Shown here piece after piece: positions 12,192 to 36,292 of a DNA stretch of 64,000 nucleotides. Position 1 is the stretch's first letter. The number at the start of each line of letters is the position of its first letter. The DNA is from Paragordius varius (taxonomy: Eukaryota; Animalia; Nematomorpha). The notes beneath the pieces were generated by a model. It worked only from the letters and a program-made list of their open reading frames with translations, made no database searches and was not told the DNA's origin. Position numbers and translations under genes: made by a program. The DNA lies in the NCBI GenBank assembly GCA_964247055.1, contig OZ176053.1:12214001-12278000 (forward strand). The letters run 5' to 3'.

Positions 12192-14230
12192 TGTGGTTAA
12201 GGATGAACAAATTACTCTCCTATCGTACGGGCAATTAAAGACGCTAATTACAGCTATAAATTTCATAGCAACAGTAATAATAAGCACTTTTTTAGGATCT
12301 TTATATTCAACGGTTCAACAAAACATGATTAATATAGTCAATTAAATATATATGACCTCATCACTTACCCGATACATAACAAAAATTTAAGATAGTTAAT
12401 TTATTATAAAATAATTTAACTCTTAAAACCTGGTGGCCTAATTTAATTTAATCTGAGCTAGATATTTATAGCAGTTTGACAGATAATATGTCTCAATCGT
12501 AAACGATAATGTACACCATGCTCTCATCTTTTTATGATATATTTTTTTTCTAATGATAAATACCGCCATGAAAACTCTTGTTTTATTACAGTCCAATTTA
12601 AAGGAAAATTTAATTTAGCCTGGGACATATCGACACCTAAAAACATATGTTTCTTCAATCGGACATTACCAATTTTATAAATATCTAAAAAGTGATTTTT
12701 ATTTTCCTTAATATTGCTATTCAAAGCGCAAACATGTGATTGAAAGAATAGAAGAATTTTAAATTTTATAAAAACCGAATATGGAAGATATTAAATGTTA
12801 AAGCGCATATGTATATAATATTGTTACATAATTTGAATGATTTTAATAACTAATTGGAAAACTCAAAAGAATTAAATAGTGATTCCCTCCCTAACTTCAG
12901 CAGATGCCGAGAAACCAAAATTAAGAAAACATTAAAAGTCCGTATTGACATAATCACTTGCAAATCTTTAATCTATGGTTTAGCTGGAAAATAAATAAGA
13001 TAAGTTAATTGTGATGTTTGGATACATTACATTGTTGTGGTTTTTACCATCCAATTTTTTCTATTTGCTAAAACATGAATATAACATTATGCATTATATC
13101 CATATCTAAATAATAATAATAATAATAGGTAGATTAATGTTTATGGAAAAGAGAAAAACCAAAATTTATGATAATTATATGGCAAAATTGGCAATAATAT
13201 ATACGCCAATATTCACTTAATGCATTTCCTCTCCTCTCTTCTCTTCTCTATGACGCCTCGCGACTTTTGTCTTGATTTCTTACGTTACCTTCGCTCTCTC
13301 TCTCTGTGCATTCATAAAAATATAATCTTTAAAGATTCAATATGGATTTGTAGAGTGAACTAGGATTTATTTAAACCAAACGCGTCAAAGTAATTGACAA
13401 AAATATATATCTTTGGGATCTAGACTGTCAAAGTTTAGTTGCCTGTGTTAGAGTGGATAGTCAAACACGTACCTTTTTTAAAAGTAGCAAAAAGTTTATA
13501 CATGTATGTAGCCACTTGCAAAAAACTTTTGAACAGTTTCGTTTTCAATACGCATCGTAATGGCTGAGTTAACCATCAATTTAATATCCATATATTATAA
13601 TGAATACCAATATAAATAAAATATAGATATTCTATCTTTCTTTCTTTATTACTTATATGTTTTGAAAAGGTTTTATGGTTTTTTTGTGTAGAAAAAACTA
13701 AACGAGTAGAAAATAGGATGTGCATTAAAAGTGGAGAGATGAATGATGCATACATAATATTAATTGAATGAAATGAATATACTTTATTTATTTAGTTAAT
13801 TTCCCTTACCTGTTGAATATTATGTTGGCAATTTACGTTTTTTGATCAAATTTATATACACACAATAAATTTCCTTCTACAGACCAAAGATCATAGGAAT
13901 CTATAAAAGACACAAATTTTAAAGTTTTTCCTCCTAAAATAAAAGATTAAAATGCGGTACCTTAAGTGTTTCATAAAAGCAACTATTTTTTTTGAAAAAA
14001 AAGTTTAAGTTTGTTTTAAAGGAATATTACCCCGCGAAATAGACAAATATAAAATTTGGTTTAATGTGAAAATTAAAAAAATTAAATGCATGCACTTTTT
14101 ATTTTAGTATATATAATTCCTTCCGATTGACGCACCTTGCCAAAGCTTTTATTCTATTTTATAACTAAACCAATAATACGAACATCCAATAAAAACTATG
14201 TGCACGGTGAATCTAAGGATAAATACTAGT

Positions 14231-14234
<4 letters not shown>

Positions 14235-14278
<44 letters not shown>
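14235..14278. repeat. (AT)n microsatellite
   Basis: Perfect AT dinucleotide run. Similar runs lie near 36065-36095, 62737-62762 and 63465-63503. Confidence 0.95.
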
Positions 14279-14282
<4 letters not shown>

Positions 14283-15224
14283 TTTAATACTTTTTATTTT
14301 TATTAACATATAGAGTTTACTAGTTATCTTCAGATTTTTTAATTAGACAATTATATAGATCGAGAAAAGCTCATGTAAGATTGCTCAAATGTTTGGAACG
14401 ATATATTTTGTAGCTTTATAATGAAAACTTCATTTTATTAGAAAGTATATTTGTTGAGCGCAAAAATTTTAATGAAAACAAGGATATAACAAGTTAGTTG
14501 ATTCATGAATTCGAATAAATCATAGATAAGAACGATTGTGGATTGATAATAATAAAAGAGTGCTAGTTATAGAGTTGGCTTAGATAACGAGTTAAAATTA
14601 AAAGTTGAATTGTTGTAAATTTTATGAAATGTATATGTTTTATGCTCTAATTTTCATACAATGTTTACTTAGTTGATGCCAGTTACAAAAGATTATTCAT
14701 AATATAAATCATGTAAAAATGTTATATCAAAGTAAATTGAATATTAACTTTATAAAATTATTTATATAGACTGAAAAGATAATTTAAGCCTACTGCTAGT
14801 CATATAGTGCCTTTTAAAGGAACCGCATTATTAATTTGATATTTTGAAATTCATACCAAAAAGCTTTATACATCTAATGTTTTAATTGGTGAAAATCTAT
14901 CAATGTGTAAACTAATAAATTGTTTTATTCTTTGTTCCATTGAAAAAAATTAGTTCCAATAGATTTTATGAGAGAATTTATTTAGTATATAATGTACAGA
15001 GTTAGGAATTGTGATAATATTGTGTTGACATATACCATGTATGAAAATGAACAATTATGTAGTACATCGAGAAAAACATCAAATATAAATTGGGTATCAA
15101 TGAATGCGAAAAATATTTAAAATCATATAAAATTGGGACAAAACATTATCAATATAGGATAATAATACTATATTTAATATTTTAAGAAAAAAATCTCATT
15201 CGTTTAGTTTGATTAATCTTTAAG

Positions 15225-17713
15225 TTAAGAATAAGTTGCCTGATTATTGCCATTTGATAGGATTGCTTTGTTAAAGCTTTGATGATGATAAAAATCTCGA
15301 TAGATGGGAATTTTTGCCCTTTTTATTTCAAAAGAAGATGCAACATTTTCACTCTTACTTTGGTCTGGTGTCCGGTTCATAATACGATCGTTTGAAGTAG
15401 GCAATATTGATTTAACAATATTGTTATTTGTACCATTTATGCCTTGATGACTGGGAGTTTCAAAGGCTTTTTGAATGATCCCTGGTTGAAAGTATCTATT
15501 GTTGTTGTTGAGGCTTAGGAGAGGAGCAGAATTCATTGATTGATTTTGGAAATGATTATTATTATTATAAACATTATGTTTTTTAACATGGCGCTCAAGA
15601 TTGGTGTATTGACCAAACGTTTTACCACATTCTTTACAGGGATATGGCCGTTCTCTGTGATGAATATTACGGATATGCCGTTGTAAATTGGATGAAATAC
15701 TGAAAGAACGATCACAATATTTACACCTATTAAAAGTATAAACACATATATATTTATATAAATGAAAGTTTTGGTATAGTACAAAATTATGAAATAATTG
15801 AAAAATAAAAAGTACCGATAAGGCTGTTCCCCAGTATGAGTCCTGATATGCCGTGTTAGATTGGCAGATCTTGGGAACATCTTACCACAATAACTGCAAT
15901 TATATTTTTCCTGGACGGACGTGCTAGTCAATTTATTAATACTATTTAGTGGGCTGGTTTCTTTTTCTTCACAAATGTTTCCACAGTTATGGAACTTGGA
16001 ATCCTTTTTATTCAAATAATTTATGGGTGATTGTTTGATACTTTTAATGTCACCACTTATGTCGCGTTCAGATTTAGTTAAACTACTCGGTGAGCCTTTT
16101 AAATTACTCAAAAAGTTTTCGGTATTATTGGCATTCAAAAATTTTTGTACTGTATAAAGATAGGGTGAAACATGGGTATTTTCAAAACTGGCATCCATTT
16201 TTTCGATTTTAGGAACCGTTAACGGTTTATGAAAATTTTGAAATAATTCAGAATGTTTAATATCAGTCTTATTTTTCATGGGATCAAAATTGTTTTGTTC
16301 GTGATCCATTTTATTTGTTGACATAACTTGCTGTTGATGGAATTTTTGATAATAGTATAGGAAATTTAACATGGATGATGTTGAATTAGGCTGAGAATCA
16401 TACTTATTATGATTGCACTCAAAATTCTCAGTTTTTTTATTTTCGATTTTAGAGGAGCGACCGTCCAAACCAAATTTGCCAATACAATTTGGCAGCGTTT
16501 TTACCGAGGGTTTTAAGGACTTAACAGAAAGATCTAATGGTAAATCTTCAATTAAGTTTTCGGGCTGGTTTTGAGGCAAGCCACTCGGAGAAGATGTATG
16601 GCCAAAGTTATTTTGATTCATTGTTGCAACTTTTAAATTTAATCCACTAGAATATTTAAGAAGCGCTGAGCTAGCTTTCTTTTTCGGAGTTCTTTTGTGA
16701 GCTAAAAAACTGATATATTTTCTTTTGAGCTTTAAAGCAGTACGCATTAAAGTATGTGATAATTTCTTAGGTTTTTTGCAAAGGGCCGTGGTTAATTTAT
16801 GATTATTAATTAGGGATTTCCTAACTACTTGTCCATTTATAAAATTGGGTAAAGGAGGGGATTTACATGTTTTAACTGAGGCCGAATTCGAACCAACATT
16901 TTGTGATGATATTTTATGGTTAAGATACGATAATAAATAGGGGTAATAATAAAATAAAGTAAGGGGTGAATACATCATTGAATTAAGAGGGCTGTTAATT
17001 TTACCGTTAAAATGTGCATGATAACCATTTTTATTTGAATTAAAGGATGTGGGACCAAAGGAGTTGCATTTTTTGTGTAGCCTTTGGCGATCGGGTGAGT
17101 TAATAACTCCATTTAGATTATTTATATTGCTAAAGTTAGTTTTATGAGTTGAATTGGGGTTTTTAATTTCAATTTTGGGCGTTTTCTCAAGAATATTAAT
17201 GGGATCAAGCATAATGGATGCACCATGATTCGTCCACATATTAAAACTTTCATTGTGCAACGGATTCTTTCGTTTTCTTCCACGTTTGGAGGCGGGTGGT
17301 TTCAAAAATTGAGTCTCCAAATTTTGACATTTATTGCCGGATAAACTAGATGATGATTCAGGGGTCGAACCGCTTTTAGTGTTAGAATCGGGTGGAGAAA
17401 TTTCATTGCAATTTGGTGACAATCTACCTTTATTGTCGCAATTACTATTATTCGTATTTGGTGGATAATTTGAGTGTTGTGGAACTACAGAGCTCATTTT
17501 AAGCATGTATTCAAGTCCGGCTTTGGTTGAAGCGAGTTTCCTAAAATCTTCCATATGCATACGTTTATGCCGACAAAGGTTAGAGAATTGCGTGTAACTT
17601 TTAAAACAAATTGGACATCTAAAAGGTTTTATACTATTATGTATATGTGCATGTTGTTTTAAGCCACTGGCTGTCGTAAAACTTTTACCGCATTCCACAC
17701 AATAATGAACCAT
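15225..17713 (-). CDS. MECOM/PRDM16: Evi1/MECOM/PRDM16 (hamlet/egl-43) type C2H2 zinc-finger transcription factor, ~799 aa as seen
   Basis: Exons 15816-17713 and 15225-15726 are joined by an 89-nt GT-AG intron. N-terminal fingers [21 protein letters not shown] and [21 protein letters not shown]; CtBP-binding motif PLDLS; C-terminal triplet [80 protein letters not shown]. The true 5' end is uncertain. Confidence 0.92.
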
Positions 17714-20700
17714 ATTATAAGGAATAGGAATAAAATAAAAATCTGATTCTTTGGATATTTGTTTCTTAGTGAAGATATAAAGATTTTGTGCGAAATTTGG
17801 TTACCAATACTTCAAATTATTTTGGATGGAGAAAAAAAATTATTTTTTTTGGTAGGACATTATTCTAAAATAAATTATTTAAAATATTACAATGTTTAAA
17901 ATTAATCTGTAAAAAATATTTGTAAGGACAAAAATAAGATAAATACTACACGTCTCTTCTATTACCTGTAAAATTTATTATATCATGAATGTGGTTTTGT
18001 ACATAAAATGTCTAACATAGAGTACTAATAATTATAATTATTTTATATCAATGAAATAAGTCCTTATTGTTTTAAATATTTTTTGTATTTTAATAAATTT
18101 TAAAGCGTAAATAAATCTTATATAATGCTATTAAAAAGATGAGCAGAAAATGATAGACATGTTAATAAAATTTATCATTCTATAATTTTTTATGAACAAT
18201 CAGTGCTATATATCCTAAATTTTGACAATAAATTTCTATATCTCAACTTTTTAAGCTTTTATCCATTGTTTTAAAAAAGAATTTAAATGTTGCATAATAA
18301 TATGTAAAAAATAAATTTAACCACAACTTAAACATATCAACGCGAAAGTATAAAATCAAGAAAGTATAAAAAAGAAAATATCTTATAAAGTTGATTGCAA
18401 AAAAGAACATGTAACATCACATCAAAACTCAAAATTGGAATGTGGGATTAAACCTTGGCAGAGTTGATGAAATGGGATAGTACAATAAGAAAAATGGAAA
18501 AAACTAATAAATTATTTATCTTTTTAGGCTTTGAATATTAATTAAATTAAATTGTAAAAAAAAGCATTTTCAAAACATGTAAACACACAATAAGAAGCCA
18601 TTTATTTTTTTAACAATTTTAATTTTCATTCTCCAAAACTGAAGATTTAAGTTGGTTGGTTTCGTATTGTCTATCTCCTTAAAGCATCACGTATGTAAAA
18701 GCTCTCTCTATTCCAAAAACATAATTATACTTTAAAACTTGCATTGTGAGATAAAAATTGTTTTAGAACTATCGTGTATCACCAATTTTTAATAAAGTTG
18801 TGTTCAGGAGATAGATCTAAATGTACAATTAAGAGACATCTAACAAACTATATTTTTATAAAATCTATATATCGAATATCACAAAGTAAATATTCTTTCT
18901 GTATCTGAGTTATGCCATTAGTAAAACAACTTAAAAACGCATCAAAAATAAATGGATATCGTACCATTTATAATTATGAGAATGATGGTAAGAAAACCGA
19001 AAAAACATTTTACACATATCAACAATACATAATTATCGACCTCAAATTGATGGTTAGAGTTTGAATTATTAATTTACAAATAAAAAAAAACTTGTATCAT
19101 TAAATCAACAAATTATATAAATAGATATATGTCTGTCGCTTATGTAAACGATATCTTAGTATTTAACAGTTTTCCATACTAAAGAGTTGTAAGGGATCAA
19201 ATATTTTTATGTGTTTGTTTTTATACGAAATGAGGATTTGAGTTTTCAAGAGTTCATAATTCCAAATCTAAAACATTACATAATAACTATAAGATCAATT
19301 ATATATACAGCTATTGGTAAATTTTTAATCTCTTTTCATAAAGTGTAAATTTAAGGGTTTTATATTCATTTTAATTTGGCTTTAATAAGTTTAATATGAT
19401 GTACGCATACACATCTAATTTTATATAGCATAAAAAAATAAACGATTAGAAAAAAACTTTTTGTGCAAGTTATGGAATGAATTTATCTTCACCACGTGCA
19501 TCTTTATTTTTGGTCGTGTAAATAAATTTATATTTTTTTAGGATTATAAAAATTTAATTTTTTTTACAATATAATTGTTTATATATTCTTTAGTTCCACT
19601 TCCTTCTATGAGTGTATCATGTATAGTATTTTAGTAACATTGTTTACTTTTGAAATGTTCGAAGAAACATGATAATTTTATAATTGAAATTCTCATCACT
19701 TTTGTTTGACAAGTGGCGACAAAGGGCTCTGATTTTGTTTTAATGTGTCATAATTTAGTTGGGTTAATGGACGTGATAAAAAATATTTATAAAATATAAA
19801 AAATTTTTAATTTAAAAATATAATTACGTAAGCAAATAAGGTGTTTGAATCTCATAAAGCTGTTTATCGCATAAAAATCATCTATAGATTTTAAAAGTTA
19901 CACTTTGGTGATGGACACACTTTAGCACATAACTGTAATAAAAAATTTTAATTAGAGAATCTTTCTTATATATATAAATTTTTACCTTAAAGAATCTGAT
20001 TATTTTTCTTTTTGGAATCGTAAAAAAAGTTTTTGCTAAAATAAAAAAACTAATCTTACAATCCTTATTTTGTATGTCCATACATTACAAACATCAGATA
20101 AGTGTTATATGTATAAATGTTATTGTAAAATAAACAAAAAGACCTTCAAATCAAATTTTTCTACAATCTTTTTAATATTTTATAGTATCAAAATTTTAAT
20201 CAAGCACATATATGTACAATATTCACCATTTTATCCTGTCTATCATTTTTTATGACATTTAAAGATGAGTTAAATTAATTTATCATTGCATTTTTTAGTA
20301 TACAAACAGATTTTACAATTGTATTGTTTAATTTTTTGGCATCAACCTTATTAAAAAGTTTTTTACGGTTTATTATGTAACGAGGATATTTCAGCCTTTT
20401 AAGAGAATTAAAACAATGATTTAAAAATATAACTATTAAGGATGAAAAGAGAAATCTCAGCAGACTAGAGTGCGAAAGGATAAACAAATATCATGAACTT
20501 TGAGTTTAAATCCTAAACCACAAAATAAAAAAGGATACACGTATTTTAAAGGGTATTTGTAAAAAAATAAATTTGGATTTTTATAATATCTTTATTGTAC
20601 TTTTCAAATGAATACGAAATGGCGTGGTGCAGAAATCCATTCAACACAAACAAGAAGTTTATTAATTATGTAGGATGCTAAAGGTAAGTAAATGGGGGGA

Positions 20701-20787
20701 TTATCAAATTCAAGTTTTAATTATTTTTCTTTTATAAAATTAAATATGCAAATTAACATATAAAAAACAAATTCTTATATATTATAT

Positions 20788-21588
20788 CAGGGCTTGGAAC
20801 CGGTTTAAAAAAAGTGGAACCGGAACCGCGTTGGTTCTCAGAAATTAACAATAGAACCGGGCGGTTCCTGAATTTTTGGAACCGGAACCGCGTTGGTTCC
20901 TTATAAATTTAGCGGTTCCGGAACCGGTTCTTTACATCGAGAACCGGTTCCATTTTCGGTTCCTAACTTTTGATTAAATGATTTTCTTAAAAAATATTTT
21001 ACCCCATTCGTTGTAATATATTATGACTATTTTTTAGAACAGCCGAATCCAAAATTCAGAGAGTATCGCTAATATAATATTAGGCGCTTAGTTTGAAGTT
21101 TTAAGTATGAAATATATAATGGTACAATTAAATTAATAGAATTTTTACAGTAATAATTGATGTTATACGGACAAAAAAACATAAAAATTTAAAGACAATT
21201 TTTTTTCAAAAGGCAACCTATTAATTAATATTGTAAATATATAATTGATTGTATTACAAATTTACATTCCTGTATTATACTTTGTAGATTTAAACATGAT
21301 TTATATTAAAAAAATCATCTTTTTGAAAAAATATTTGTTTTATATTTTTTGTCAGTATAATTTTCCTGTATAATAAAAATCATATGGGAACCACTAATTA
21401 AGGGGGTGGAACCGGAACCGGGTTGGTTCCTAAAAATTTATAGTTAGAAACGGGGTGGTTCCTGAAATTTTGGAACCGGAACCGGGGTGGTTCCCGGGGA
21501 AATGGAACCGAACGGCGTTGGTTTTATCCCAATGGAGCCGGTTCTTGAAATCCCACGAACCGGGTTCCGGTTCCTGTTCCAAGCCCTG
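20788..21588. mobile_element. Non-autonomous hAT-like element (MITE)
   Basis: Perfect 13-bp TIR cagggcttggaac / gttccaagccctg, arrays of ggaaccggaacc subterminal repeats at both ends, and degenerate 8-bp flanks tattatat / atttatat. Confidence 0.85.
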
Positions 21589-24500
21589 ATTTATATACTT
21601 TCTGTATCGTTATAATATAAATCATAAAAATAGTTTATAAAGTGGTAAAAGTACAGGCTTGTATAAATCACCAAAACCAACATCTGATTTTTAGATTTTG
21701 GCACTAAAGTAAATATCAAATATGATCTAGCATCTATGAATGTTATTATAATAGCGTTATTATATTTAAAAGTATAAACTTAACCAGGACTGTTAGAAAC
21801 TTTCTAACCCTTATTAAAAAAATATTTCCGACATGAAATCCCTACCCCTGTTTATCGATTTTATGATTTAATAAAAGAGTTATTGGGTTAAATCATGGAA
21901 GCGGCTATGGTTTTTACGAAGGCGATTCACATATTTATGTTAAATTTGCTGTTATAAATATATATAATAGCCATAGTATGGGACATCGTTAAATATACGA
22001 ATATTAACCCAAGGAGAATTATTGATCACTTCAATTATCTTAGGATATGTTTTGGAAATCTGAGCTTTATATTTATAGTACTAGGATGAGCATCCGCACT
22101 AGTTTTATTAATCACCTTTTCTTTCAGCCTTAACACTTCCTTTTTTAAACTTAACACCTCTCTAGACATACAAAATTAACCCTTTTCAATCAACTTCAAC
22201 ACTAATCATATTATGTTTTCGTATTTTATAGAGAAAAGTGGAATGATAAAGATCTTTTAAAATCATAATTTTATATTGAAATTTCAAACAAATAATCGGT
22301 GATGGATTATGTAGAAAAAGTTTTTTGATATGACATATACATTTTGTACAAAAGAGTACAGTATTTAATAATTTTCACCATTTGAATACGGGTGCAATTG
22401 GGTTGTTTTTCATCCCAGACCTTATAACACAAAAAATATTATAAATATCGCCTTTAGACTATACGATTATCATAATGAAGTAAATTTTACAGTTCAAGAC
22501 TTAAGTCCAAAATTAATATATTCCAATTGAAACAAACAACCGATTTTGAAATTGTAAATTTACTGTTAAAATGTAATCAAAAGCATTATAAAGTTTATTT
22601 ATTTTGTTTTAATCATAATATAGTTTATCAGTTTTTTCAGCTATTTAAGATAGTGATAAAAAATAAGTTTGAGATAATTTCTATGTAATATTCTTTTTGA
22701 CCCATAACGGTAACCAGCCAGGCGCTGGTGACTTAATAGACATTATCATTAGTAAATAGATTATATATTTTTTTGCAATAAACAGAAAAAGATTCCGTAC
22801 ATTTTAAATGTTTGGAGAAGTATTAGACATACGGTGCGGTCTTAACCATGGGCTGATAAAAATAATCATTTGGCTAAAATTTTTGCTCTTAAATTGCAAA
22901 CAATTAATATCATTATTGAATCCATATAATTACCATAAGCTTTTCATACAATGCTTTCAAGCCATGTTATTTATATATGGTGACGTTGGCATAGGATTGG
23001 GAATTAACCACTGAGTTATTTTAAAGCGCTCGACCTAATTTTTTTATGGGGGAAATATCGAAACCTGTTTTCATTTTATATAGTATTTAAACGGCGACAA
23101 ATTGCTTCAAAGTCATGGTATTTTTAGAGGATGGTGTATTTAACGGAGAATACGGATCCACCCTGCCGCTCATTTTAAAAAGAGGGGCTTTTTGGTGCTT
23201 AAATCCTCTAGATAATGGCTAAATATTGCATTACATTATAATTTTGGTGCCTTAGTTTTTTTTTGATAAAAATGACGAGGGAAGCCCTAATAAAGAGCTT
23301 TGGACGGCCTATGTTCGGATTTATAAAAATGTTAATAAAAAGATTATTGAAATAAACATGTTTTCCAGAAGATTGTCGCACCGTTTTAACGAACTTCGCT
23401 TTTTCAAAAAATTCACACGGGGTGAAGCTTAACTAAAGGGCTAATTTAACAAGTGCCTCGACTATAGTCGTCGCATTTATAAATGAAAAAATTTTTCCGC
23501 TTAAGAATTAATTAGGCCTCCACATTATATGGATAATTGTCTCAAAGCTTACGTTCTATATTTTTATTCATTATATTTTTAAATGATAAACGCCTAATTT
23601 AATCCATAGTGATATCAATGCTTAAATATTTTTTTTGAATTATACGGATCATCCCCAACATTTTTAACTACCATTTTAAAAAATAAATTATGCAAAAAAC
23701 CAAAAACTAACGATTGTCGCGATTTTTTGCATTATTCAATTCGTTGTTTCAAAATATACCAAATTTTGGGTGTGAAAACCTGATGATCTTATAGTGTAAA
23801 ATCAAAAACAGCATCATGTTTTAGCAACCAAATGTTGGTTCTCAGTGGATCAGCACATATTAATATAAAATAATATAAAAATCAGGATTATTGTTTCAGT
23901 CATAAATATATATTTATTAGTATGTATTTGTACGTTTATCCAATTTAATGCACTTTTTCCGAATTCCACTAAAAAATGTAGTATTTAATTTAAGTTTTGA
24001 ATTAATTAATAACAAATTCTTTAGTGTTGTTTTGAAAAACGGCACGCTTGAACTTTCAAAAAAGAATGGGTGGGGGGTGAGCTTTTTTAATATGTTTATG
24101 TATTTGAAGCATTGTCAAACATATATTTATTTTATTGAAAAGGGGTTATTAACTCATACCAGTAATTTAATGTATAAAATTTAGAAAAACGAAAAATATA
24201 AGCTATTAAAAACCAAAATTATAAAAAATACACCCATGTCATTTAATAAAGACCCACCCAAATTTATAAAAAGACCTGTTAGTTCAAAGTATAAAATATG
24301 GGGCGTTTTTTTTAAAAAAATCTCTAAAATTTAATTTGGGATATGTGCACACAAAATGTAATAAAAAAATAAAATTTGCAAATTAGCACTCGAAAAATTT
24401 AAGAGGGAGAGTAGCTGTCAAACACATATTATATTATATTTTAGTAATTTAAAAGTTAAAAGCCACACCTGGCTACCTCTAAAATAAAATTAATAAAAAT

Positions 24501-26104
24501 GTTGCTTAATTGAAATAAAATAAAATACAATATTTTTTTTTTGATAAATATGCAAAATACGAGAGCCAAGTATCTAGTTAGTTAAATTGTAAATAAATAA
24601 ATTAATTAGAAAGAAATGGTTAAAAACAAAGCACATGAAAATACCCATAAATGATGATTATCATCTACATAAACACACCTGAATTATATACATATATATA
24701 TATATACCCAAAAATAAAAATGACCTTTTTGAAGAGGTTAAAAATACTTAGAAAAAAATTTGTATGTGTGCAACAATTGTCATTAAAAATTTAATATTTT
24801 TTAATTTGAACAATGTACATCTTCGTTCAAAAGCAATATTGCCAAAAAATTTAATAATTTTTTTAAAATTTAAAAATTTTTACGATATTTTTTTGGAAGG
24901 GTTTCACATGCCCATACACAGACATCACGCATAAAAAAATTTAATTTTTGATTTTATAAATTTAAAATATTATGTATATTTATATATATATAAGCGTCCC
25001 TCCCCTCTCTTAATAGTCGCGAATAGCTTTCAATTTATGTCATATTAGAAAAAAACCATTGGATTTGACAAAAAACCATAATCCTAATAATTTACACCTT
25101 TTTTTTAAATTTTTTTAAAGTAGTTAATTAATTTTCGTTAAACCTAAAATAATGCTAATGACCCTGTTTTAAAATTTTGAGATATGTTTTACAACATTGT
25201 GTACATACAATATAAATTTGAATAATATTAAACAATAAAAATATTGATTACATCGATAGCTAATTTCAATAGAAAGGTATTAAAATAAAGTTTTTCCTCG
25301 TATTTTTTGACTACTAAAATCTATTTCAAAAACCAATACCTTAGCGTAACTCAAGTGAATTAAATCAAAGTTATTGTTCATTTATTTATAAAGAGAGAGC
25401 AATTGAAAATTCCCTTATTCGAATTTAAAAATTGTGTACCCTTAAAGTTTACCTTTTTTTAAAAAAATATTGGAATCAAGATATATGGATACATTCAAAA
25501 AAATTTCATCCGAAATCAAATTATAACGTAGAATCTTACAAATTTCTTAAATCAAATTTAATTTTTTTTCAAAAATTAAATATCAGTTATACGGTGATGC
25601 ATCATCAGCTAAAACCTTAAACTTAACATTGAAATTTTATTTTATCTTATAAAACTGAAAATCGAAAAGTAATGTTGTAAATACAAACGTTTTTAATTAC
25701 AATTTTTCAATTATTAATCACGTATATAATATTCATAGGCTAAGTAAGATTAAATAAAAATAGATAAAATAAATTAAAGAAAAAACATAATTACAGTTTT
25801 TTAATAATATCGTTTTTAAATTATGATTCTAAATGCATAAGTAGAAGGGGGGGGGTCGGTTAACTAAAAATGCTTTTGGAATGAAAAAACTATGTAAAAA
25901 TATACATTTTAAGCTTAATTGAACTCATAAAAGTTATATTTAGAAAAGTTATATAATTTCTAATATGTTAAAAAAGTCGAAAAAATGTGTCATTAAATAA
26001 TAGAAAAAAGTATGGCTTTCATGATGGTGGAATGTATATATACATTGTATAAACATTTTAGTGTGGTTAATTTTTAAGTGAAATTTTTAACAATTGTTTT
26101 TATT

Positions 26105-35408
<9,304 letters not shown>

Positions 35409-36062
35409 GCTCTCAAATGATCGGCTGCTTTTATCTCAATGTCATCCTAACATTTGTTGTTTTTAGGTTTTGCGGTTATATTAAGTTAGAATATATATAT
35501 ACGTTATCTTTAAAATAATATTAGATATCAAGCTAAACTATTAGTATAATTATATAGGACATAGTCGATAAGATTTTTTACCTGTAAATGCAAAATATAT
35601 CTTCATTTTATTTTATACATGTATTTATATAGGACTTATCATTATATCCCTAGAAGTCAACCCGACCCCCGACGCAACTAGACGGCTGTCACTGAACCAC
35701 CATTGACTGGTGTATGAAAGAGCAGCAAGGGACGTCTTTTGTGGACAGTGATGACGTGGGTCTGCTACACCCTTTTCTTGATACACCTTGATCCAAATGA
35801 GTGATACTCAAATCGTGTCCCACGGATCGCTACAGCCTTAAATTGCTTTTTATCGCCGTAAATTATTTATTAATTTAATATGCTTGTAGAGTAGATACTG
35901 AATCATGTCAAAGAACTATGCAATATTTGTCGGTATTTTATGGTTCACGGTCCTTGAGATAAAAATATTCTCGGTCCTTCAGGTTTTTAAGGAGTATCAT
36001 TGATTTATAGCAAGAGAATGTTTTTTAATTTAGATTACATGAGACTATATCGTAACCATTTG

Positions 36063-36101
<39 letters not shown>

Positions 36102-36143
36102 TCTCGGTTAATTGCATATCTGGCGTAGCAAAAATACTGCTAT

Positions 36144-36292
36144 TTAACACTTGGATACAACACATTCCTTTCAGTCCTTCGATTTAAATTGGGGGGTCGG
36201 ATTATTATGATAGAGGCATAAATTTAGACTCGGACCGTTTCGTAGTTTTTACATAATATCAACCTAAATGCTAATTTGAATCATTGTGTTAA
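36144..36292. mobile_element. Internally deleted TTAA-flanked MITE (same family as 51372-51950)
   Basis: Starts ttaacacttggatacaacacattc, shares agtccttcgatttaaattgggg and ggaccgtttc with the 51372 copy, and ends gtgttaa. Confidence 0.7.

Noticed and set aside
13215-13310. CT-rich tract with a short GC-rich core
   Set aside because: Low-complexity sequence with no ORF or structure I can support.
22690-23560. Moderately GC-richer region with short ORFs (for example 22808-23014)
   Set aside because: No recognisable motif or consistent splice chain on either strand. It may be enhancer DNA or a decayed element, but I cannot support a call.
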